Shown: positions 58,115 to 64,000 of the stretch, piece by piece
Position numbering within the stretch: position 1 is the stretch's first letter
Layout of the letters: every line of letters starts with the position of its first letter
Assembly: GCA_037917675.1 (NCBI GenBank)
Contig: JAVCBW010000008.1
Span: 1 to 64,000, forward strand
Source: Thermoproteota archaeon
GTDB lineage: Archaea; Korarchaeota; Korarchaeia; B14-G2
DNA: 64,000 bases
Reading direction: 5' to 3'
The notes under the pieces: model-generated
What the model was told of the DNA's origin: nothing
What the model saw: only the letters and a program-made list of their open reading frames with translations
Database searches by the model: none
Made by a program: the position numbers and the translations under genes

Positions 58115-59317
58115 TCAGTTGCCTCTAACCCTCTTAACAAGGTTCTCAGCTATCTCAGCTATCCTATCATATTCTTCTCTCTTTGGAGGCCCATTGACCT
58201 CTATCTCACCTACTAGCTCTATCTTCATGGGAGCTAGGATATCCTTAGCCTGCCTTAAAGCTCCACCTCCCCAGCCATATGAGCTTAAGATGACTCCATA
58301 CTTCAAGGGCGGCTTCAACGTCTTAACGAGATGTGCGCCAAAGACTGCTAGAGGATGCATGCCTCCAAGCACAGCTGGAGCACCGAGGACTATAGCTCTA
58401 GAGTCGACGAGGTCCTTTGCTACATCGCCGATGTCTGCTGCTGCAAGGTTATATAGAGCAACCTCAACTCCTCTTGCCAGCAGCATGTCTACGAGATGCA
58501 TAACCATCTTCTCAGTAGACCTCCACATGCTCACATATAGTACTATAACCTTCTCCCTTGTCTCTCCGCTAGTCCACTTCCTATAGGCATTGAGGATCTT
58601 CTCTGGGTTCTTGTAGATGGGGCCGTGGCTTGGAGCTATAATCTTGATTTCAAGGCCTCTGATCTTGTCGAGAGCCTCCTCACCCATCCTGCGGAAAGGC
58701 ATCATTATCTCTCCAAAATACCTCTTTGCGAGAGGCAGTAGCTCCTCAACTTCTTCATCATAGAAGCCGAAGGCTGTGTGTGCACCAAAGAAGTCACATG
58801 AGAACAGGATTTTCTCCTCTTCCAGGTAGGTGAACATCGTCTCTGGCCAGTGAAGGAAGGGAGCCTCTATGAACCTCAGCGTCTTCTCACCTAGATCAAT
58901 AGCCTCACCATCCTTGACTACTCTCATCCTTTCAGCTGGGACGCCATAGTAGATGGAGGCCATCCTTGCTCCTCTCTCAGTAGCAACCAGCTTAACTCTA
59001 GAGTTGCCTCTGAAAACATAGGGGATTGCTCCAGCGTGATCTGGCTCTGCATGGTTCATTACAAGATACTCTATGTCTCTCATCTCTACTATCTCATTCA
59101 CTTTCTCCTCAAGCTCTCTTTCAAAGCCTGGGTTCACAGTGTCTATGAGAGCTGCCTTACCATCTCCTACAACAAGGTAGGCATTATACGTTGTGCCATC
59201 TGGTAAGGGGATAAGTGAATCAAAAAGCCTACGGCTCCAGTCTTTTACACCAACCCAGTATACTCCATCTGATATCTTAACAGCCTTCTCTCCTCTCACA
59301 CTCCCCCTTCCATGCAA
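58115..59317 (-). CDS. fprA: Flavodiiron protein (FprA, A-type flavoprotein)
   Basis: GTTYNAYL, NHAEPDH, LHWPETM, FSCDFFG, APSHG, flavodoxin domain with SYGWGG. Confidence 0.93.
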   Translation of the reverse strand: MHGRGSVRGEKAVKISDGVYWVGVKDWSRRLFDSLIPLPDGTTYNAYLVVGDGKAALIDTVNPGFERELEEKVNEIVEMRDIEYLVMNHAEPDHAGAIPYVFRGNSRVKLVATERGARMASIYYGVPAERMRVVKDGEAIDLGEKTLRFIEAPFLHWPETMFTYLEEEKILFSCDFFGAHTAFGFYDEEVEELLPLAKRYFGEIMMPFRRMGEEALDKIRGLEIKIIAPSHGPIYKNPEKILNAYRKWTSGETREKVIVLYVSMWRSTEKMVMHLVDMLLARGVEVALYNLAAADIGDVAKDLVDSRAIVLGAPAVLGGMHPLAVFGAHLVKTLKPPLKYGVILSSYGWGGGALRQAKDILAPMKIELVGEIEVNGPPKREEYDRIAEIAENLVKRVRGN

Positions 59318-59721
59318 GCTAAGGCTGGCTTTTAAGCGTTTGGCCTGAGCCTCGCCTAGATCGAGGATGTCACCAGCTAAGATGTCTTTAGCTGCTAGCA
59401 GAGCCTTAAGCTCCTAGAGCACCCGGAAGCCATCAGATATCAACCATCCTCCAGAGAATGGGGCTCATGCCAGTTAGCTGCCCAAGTCTCCTCTACTGGC
59501 AGCCTCAGCTCCAAGCGTGTTTAGTGTGCTCTAAGGGAGAGCTGCGTATATGGCGTCTGTATCAGCTAGCAGCTCACCCTCCCTGACATACCCTTAGAGG
59601 GCAGATCCTGCCCTAGCTTTACATAGCTCAACACTAGGCTAGCAGCTATGCTACTAAAATATCATGAGCAGGCTCATGCTAATGAGGGGCTACAGCACGA
59701 GCTGTCAGCTGGTGGGCTAGC

Positions 59722-60423
59722 ATGCAGCTCATTCAGCTTGAGGCTGTCTCATGTGTCGTGTTGCATAGAGTGAATAGGTTTGTGGTCGAGGTCTCTTTGG
59801 CTGATGGGATTGAGCTCGCCTACTTGAATAATACTGGGAGGCTTGAGAGCTACCTAAGTAGAGGTAGGAGAGGCTACTGCATAAGGCATCCTGGCGGGAG
59901 AACCTCCCTTAGGCTTTTTGCTGTAGAGGATGGTGGGCTTGCTGTTATCTTGGATACTAGGCTTCAGATGAGGGCTTTTGAGAGGGCTGCTGGCCTTAGG
60001 CTTCTCCCCTGGATGAGTGGATGCGTCATCTCTAGGAGAGCTCCTAAGCTAGGGTCTTCTAGGCTCGACTACCTGCTTGACTGTGATGGTAGAGCTGTTT
60101 ACTTGGAGGCTAAGAGTGCTGTCATGAGAAAAGGTTTCTATGCTCTCTACCCAGACTGCCCTACAGCTAGAGGTAGGAGGCACATAGCTGAGCTAGCTTC
60201 TCATGTTGAGGCTGGTGGGATGGGTACTCTGCTGTTCATAGCGGCTGTCCCGTATGCTAGAGCTTTTAGACCTAACTGTGAGGCTGATCCTATGCTCTGT
60301 AGGCTGCTTTCGAGGGCTGTTGACGCTGGCGTCGCCGTCAAGGCTATAGGAATCTACTATAGCCCAGTTGACTCCTGTATCCACTTGTATAATCCTGATC
60401 TTAGAGTTGAGCTGCCTACTTAA
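59722..60423 (+). CDS. sfsA: SfsA-family DNA/RNA nuclease
   Basis: R.NRF, NTGRL, SRLDYLL, E.KS, YPDCPT.RGRRH. Confidence 0.88.
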   Translation: MQLIQLEAVSCVVLHRVNRFVVEVSLADGIELAYLNNTGRLESYLSRGRRGYCIRHPGGRTSLRLFAVEDGGLAVILDTRLQMRAFERAAGLRLLPWMSGCVISRRAPKLGSSRLDYLLDCDGRAVYLEAKSAVMRKGFYALYPDCPTARGRRHIAELASHVEAGGMGTLLFIAAVPYARAFRPNCEADPMLCRLLSRAVDAGVAVKAIGIYYSPVDSCIHLYNPDLRVELPT

Positions 60424-61084
60424 GCACCTTACCTGTCTTAAGATACCAGAGGTAGAGGTCTAGTTCAGCTAGGGTGATTCTAAGCTTCTCAGCTATCTTC
60501 TTCAGCTTCCCTTCTATCTCGAGGTACCTTTTTCTCGTGAGTGTCTTTGGCTTCTCAGTGATGCCATAGGACTCTAGTATGCTTAGGACATGGGTGTCGA
60601 GTATGGCTAGGTCTGTGAAGCCTATGTTTCTCAGGAAGTGGCTTGCCTCCTTGTAGCCTATGCCCCTTATCCTCTTAGCCAGCCAGTCTCTTAGCTCAAG
60701 CTGGCTTCTAAAGGACTCTATGATACCTTTGAGCTCTTCTGCTATCCAGCGTGCTTCCACGATGTACTTTGCTCTAGCTTCAGGATACCTGTGGCCTAGC
60801 TTCCTGAGCCTCCATGCGAGCTCGCTTTCACTAAGTGTGAGGAAGCCATCTCCAACCTCCTGCTGGATCCTCATGCTCCTCTCAGCGCTGAAGTTGGCTG
60901 TCAGGATGCAGAAGCATAGCTCTCTGAAGAGCTCTCTGCTAGGCTTCCTCCTGTTCTCTCTGAACTCCCTCACTCTGGCTTCAACTAGCTCTCTGACCTC
61001 GCTCTCCATGAGCTCCTTCACCCTAGAGATGAGCTCTTCAGCTCTGCTCGAGCTCAAACTCGACCACAGCTCCATCTTCCACAT
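60416..61084 (-). CDS. ogg: 8-oxoguanine DNA glycosylase/AP lyase (Ogg2 type); true start may be ~61057
   Basis: ELCFCILTAN, GIGYKEASHFLRNIG, ILD.H, C-terminal LDLYLWY.KTGKVLK. Confidence 0.93.
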   Translation of the reverse strand: MWKMELWSSLSSSRAEELISRVKELMESEVRELVEARVREFRENRRKPSRELFRELCFCILTANFSAERSMRIQQEVGDGFLTLSESELAWRLRKLGHRYPEARAKYIVEARWIAEELKGIIESFRSQLELRDWLAKRIRGIGYKEASHFLRNIGFTDLAILDTHVLSILESYGITEKPKTLTRKRYLEIEGKLKKIAEKLRITLAELDLYLWYLKTGKVLK

Positions 61085-61295
61085 CAGCTATGTCAGTTAT
61101 CCTAGCTTTGACTCCTAGGTCTAGGAGCACGTACCTGAAGTCGTCGAAGTAGTCGTAGAAGCCGCAGGATGTGCAGAATGGCCCTGTGAACTCCACTTTG
61201 AACTTCTTTCCCTCAATGGATATGAGGCTGGCAGCTACCTCAGGAGACCTATGCTTGTTGTATTCTCTGATGGCTTTCTCCAGTATACTTCTCAT
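61038..61295 (-). CDS. Small hypothetical CxxC protein
   Basis: YN..RSPE..A, F.GPFC.SCG.YDYF.D. Confidence 0.65.
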   Translation of the reverse strand: MRSILEKAIREYNKHRSPEVAASLISIEGKKFKVEFTGPFCTSCGFYDYFDDFRYVLLDLGVKARITDIADVEDGAVVEFELEQS

Positions 61296-61480
61296 GGGCT
61301 GCCAAGGCACCCTACTTAAATAAGGCTCAAGCTCTCTCTAGGCTCACTCTAGGGGGTCAGGCTGCTAGCACTATGCTGTAGCTGCCTGCTGCTCTGGTGC
61401 GGGCTTCGGCTTCCCGCTGGCTTCATAGCTTTGCTAGAGTCGTCAACCGTTAAATAGGCGATCCTAGGGTGTGCATCAGC

Positions 61481-62251
61481 TTGAGGCTGGCCTTTCTCGT
61501 TGGAGACGAGTATGGGAGGCGTGTGATAGGGAACCTGATAAACTACAGTAGCTTCTGCCAGGCTTGTGGTAGCATCTGTGACTACTGTAGGATCTCATAT
61601 GGCTCCTATGTCTCAGACATAGTGTTTGTACACGAGTTTCCACCTGGCCTCCCATCCCTCATAGATGATCCCTCCAAGTACATGCCAGAGCTCCCAAGCT
61701 GTGATGTGGTCTTGGCGATAGGCTTACACCACGACTTGCTTCTCGCTACACCTGAGGCAGCTGAGAGGGCTGGTGCTAAGGCTGTGATCGCTCCCATAGA
61801 GGATCCAAGGTGGATTCCACGAGGTTTGAGGAGGCAGGTGATGGAGGAGCTGGAGGAGAGGGGCTTGGAGCATGCTTTTCCGAAGCCATTCTGCACGCTG
61901 AAGCCTACAGGCCAGCCTACTGTAGACAGCTTCATTCAGAGGTATAAGGTAGGTAAGCCTGTGCTGAAGGTGGAGGTGGCAGGAGGCTACATATCATCAG
62001 CGACCGTGGTGAGGAGCGCGCCATGTGGGGAGACATGGTATCTGGCTCAGAGGATTAAGCTGAAGAAGATAAACCCAAGAGAGGAGCTCTATGATGTGAT
62101 AGCGAAGGCTCATCATGCATACCCTTGTACTGCAAGCATGGAGATAGACCCTGAGATAGGAGAGCCTATCTTGCATGAAGGAGGCTACATGGCAAGGGAG
62201 GCTGTGGAGAGAGCTATAGAAGAGGCTCTCAAGAGGAGGCAGAGAGTGTGA
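61481..62251 (+). CDS. DUF166-family protein with an N-terminal CxxC-x3-CxxC motif
   Basis: IDDP, LHHDL, PKPFC.L, RSAPCG.T, YPC.ASM. Confidence 0.8.
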   Translation: MRLAFLVGDEYGRRVIGNLINYSSFCQACGSICDYCRISYGSYVSDIVFVHEFPPGLPSLIDDPSKYMPELPSCDVVLAIGLHHDLLLATPEAAERAGAKAVIAPIEDPRWIPRGLRRQVMEELEERGLEHAFPKPFCTLKPTGQPTVDSFIQRYKVGKPVLKVEVAGGYISSATVVRSAPCGETWYLAQRIKLKKINPREELYDVIAKAHHAYPCTASMEIDPEIGEPILHEGGYMAREAVERAIEEALKRRQRV

Positions 62252-62386
62252 GCTGCTTCCCTTAAGCCACCTGGATGCTTTCCCCAGGTCTCTCCTGGAA
62301 GCCTACAGCTGCCCCTGAGGCATATAGGCTGCTGCCCAGTTGAGATACCCTTTTAAAAAAGCGGTAGAGCTGGGGACTGATGCACG

Positions 62387-62821
62387 ATGGGGTTTGCAGG
62401 TTTTCTCTATCTCCTTGTGAAGATGGGCCTATTCCTCCTCATGGTGCTTGCTGCAGCCGTCTACTCTACTGCCAGGTCTGGTGTTAGAGGTGGGCTGCTG
62501 TTCATGGGTGCTTTAGCTTTTGGCCTCGGAGCTGCAGTTGGGCTTAGAGCTTTCTCGCTGGTAGGTGGCTTGTCTCTCACGTCTCTAGCCTGCCTCGTAG
62601 TAGGCTTGTGCTATGTAGGCGTCTTCCTGTCTCCTCCTAGGATAGGCCTTCTGGAGAAGGTTGGAGCGTCACTTGGCGTCTCCATGCTAGCCTACTTCTC
62701 ACTAGAGCTGCTTAAGGCCTTTGGTGTCATGTTGGCTGACAGCTTCCTGGTTAGTGCTGCTGTCTTCCTGGTTCTAGTCGGGTTAGCTCTGCTATCCTCA
62801 GCGAGAGGAGAGCCCAGGTAG
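62387..62821 (+). CDS. Hypothetical membrane protein
   Basis: About 5 hydrophobic segments; upstream TTTTAAAAAA promoter-like motif. Confidence 0.6.
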   Translation: MGFAGFLYLLVKMGLFLLMVLAAAVYSTARSGVRGGLLFMGALAFGLGAAVGLRAFSLVGGLSLTSLACLVVGLCYVGVFLSPPRIGLLEKVGASLGVSMLAYFSLELLKAFGVMLADSFLVSAAVFLVLVGLALLSSARGEPR

Positions 62822-63517
62822 AGCCAGCTTCATTCTCCTGCCGAGCTCCAGAGTCTCTCTGGCATTATGTAGCATGTCATGGTTGTTGTTGAAGAAGACA
62901 TAGATCTTCTCTGGGCTTGTGGAAGCTGCCTCAGCTAGCATCTCTGCTATCTCCTCTCTGGTGTAGCAGTAGCTGTACCACTCTGTCCTCCCATGGAGCC
63001 TAGCGTAGACTACTCCACTGGTGTTGTAGGCTTTGAAGGGCTTCTCAGGGCTGTCAGGGGACACTAGGGTTATCCCAATCTCTCTAGCCCACTCCACATG
63101 CTCTCCTGTGAACCAGTCTAGGCTCCTAGGCTCAAGGGCAAGCCTCCAGCTGAGCTCCTCAGCATATGCTTCAACTCTCCTCTTTATCTCCTCACTGGCT
63201 CTGAGAGATGGAGGAAGCTGGAAGAGGTAGAAGTCCACTATGCTGTCTAGAGGCTCAAACAGACTCCTGAACTTCCTCCATGTCTCAAAGGCTCTCCCAC
63301 CCATCTTCCTCAGGTGCGTTATGCTCCTATGGACCTTCACAGCCCACCTGAGCTTTCCTCCCTGCCTGCTCCACCCCTTGACCTGGCTTGGGAATGGGAA
63401 CCTGTAGAAGCTTGCGTTGAGCTCTACAGCATTCAGGCCAGAGCTGCTAGCATACCACCTGAAGCCATCTGGGTTCCAGCTATAGCTCCAGCCAGATGTG
63501 CCAGCATACAGCTCCAA
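62798..63517 (-). CDS. DUF72-domain protein
   Basis: GTSGW.Y, VELNASFYRFP, FQLPPS, LEPR, Y.RLHG, YVFFNN. Confidence 0.9.
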   Translation of the reverse strand: MELYAGTSGWSYSWNPDGFRWYASSSGLNAVELNASFYRFPFPSQVKGWSRQGGKLRWAVKVHRSITHLRKMGGRAFETWRKFRSLFEPLDSIVDFYLFQLPPSLRASEEIKRRVEAYAEELSWRLALEPRSLDWFTGEHVEWAREIGITLVSPDSPEKPFKAYNTSGVVYARLHGRTEWYSYCYTREEIAEMLAEAASTSPEKIYVFFNNNHDMLHNARETLELGRRMKLALPGLSSR

Positions 63518-63547
63518 TAGGCCACCACCAGCCTTCCTCAGTAGCCT

Positions 63548-63763
63548 CTAAGCTGGCTGCTGCGCTTTCCTTAAGCTAGCTGCCAGCTTCCTCAGCTCCT
63601 CTATGTTCCACTCGTGTGCTGTCTTCCTCCTCTTATCTACTGGTATCTTGAGCTTCCTGGCTTCAGCTAAGGTTATGCCAGCTTGCTTGAGCTCCTCTAT
63701 GCTAAACCCTCTGCCAGCTCTGATCTTTAAGCCATGTGCACCATATACCCTAGGCTTAGACAT
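63548..63763 (-). CDS. rpl13e: 50S ribosomal protein L13e
   Basis: R.GRGFSIEELKQAGI....ARKL.IPVDKRRKT.H..N. Confidence 0.92.
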   Translation of the reverse strand: MSKPRVYGAHGLKIRAGRGFSIEELKQAGITLAEARKLKIPVDKRRKTAHEWNIEELRKLAASLRKAQQPA

Positions 63764-63767
63764 TGGT

Positions 63768-64000
63768 TCACCCTGCCTCATATACGATCTTCCCTCCTTT
63801 TATAACGGTCTCAACCAGGTTTGTGCCTATGTGGTATGGTATGTGCTCGTAGCTCCTTGCATCTAAGACTATGATGTCAGCTTTCTTCCATGGCTCTAGG
63901 CTCCCTACCTCAAGCCCTCTACCTACTGCATGTGCTGCGTTAACTGTTGCAGCTGTGATCGCTTGCTCTGGTGCCATCCTATACATGAGGCAGGCAAGCT
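63768..64000 (-). CDS. hutI: Imidazolonepropionase-like amidohydrolase, C-terminal part only
   Basis: LAC..YRM.PEQAITAATVNAAHA.G, GSLE..KKAD, IPYH.G.N.VETVIKGG. Confidence 0.8.
   Translation of the reverse strand, partial: LACLMYRMAPEQAITAATVNAAHAVGRGLEVGSLEPWKKADIIVLDARSYEHIPYHIGTNLVETVIKGGKIVYEAG

Noticed and set aside
59340-59700. Possible PIN-domain remnant (ELLADTDAIYAAL on the minus strand)
   Set aside because: The match is too short and is followed immediately by stops.
1-64000. tRNA or rRNA genes
   Set aside because: No T-arm (GTTCRAATC) cloverleaf or rRNA-like stretch was recognised by eye; tRNAscan-SE would be needed to exclude them fully.

Overview
A gene-dense archaeal chromosomal window, probably from a thermophilic TACK/Thermoproteota lineage. 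That placement is inferred from ribosomal protein L13e, an archaeal-type LeuRS, NreA, and GGTGG/GGAGG ribosome-binding sites with many TTG/GTG starts. Most genes are housekeeping or serve peptide and amino-acid scavenging, nickel handling (hypA, hypB, cooT, nikR) or repair. I recognised no rRNA, tRNA, CRISPR array or intein. The strongest candidate for an undescribed system is a minus-strand cluster at 28.2-33.8 kb. It encodes a CstA-family multipass protein, two paralogous small hydrophobic proteins, a tandem ArsA/Get3-family ATPase pair in which one copy has a natural catalytic Asp->Asn change, and a membrane-anchored protein whose motifs resemble eukaryotic CCDC47 (DUF1682, PAT complex). 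Other points of note: two related non-autonomous IS607/IS605-type elements with an omegaRNA-like 3' module, one splitting kptA; an AT-rich repeat block upstream of leuS; two genes that appear to need CTG starts; several frameshifted genes; and an AT-richer island carrying cyoE and decayed genes. All family assignments come from motif recognition by eye, and no database search was run.
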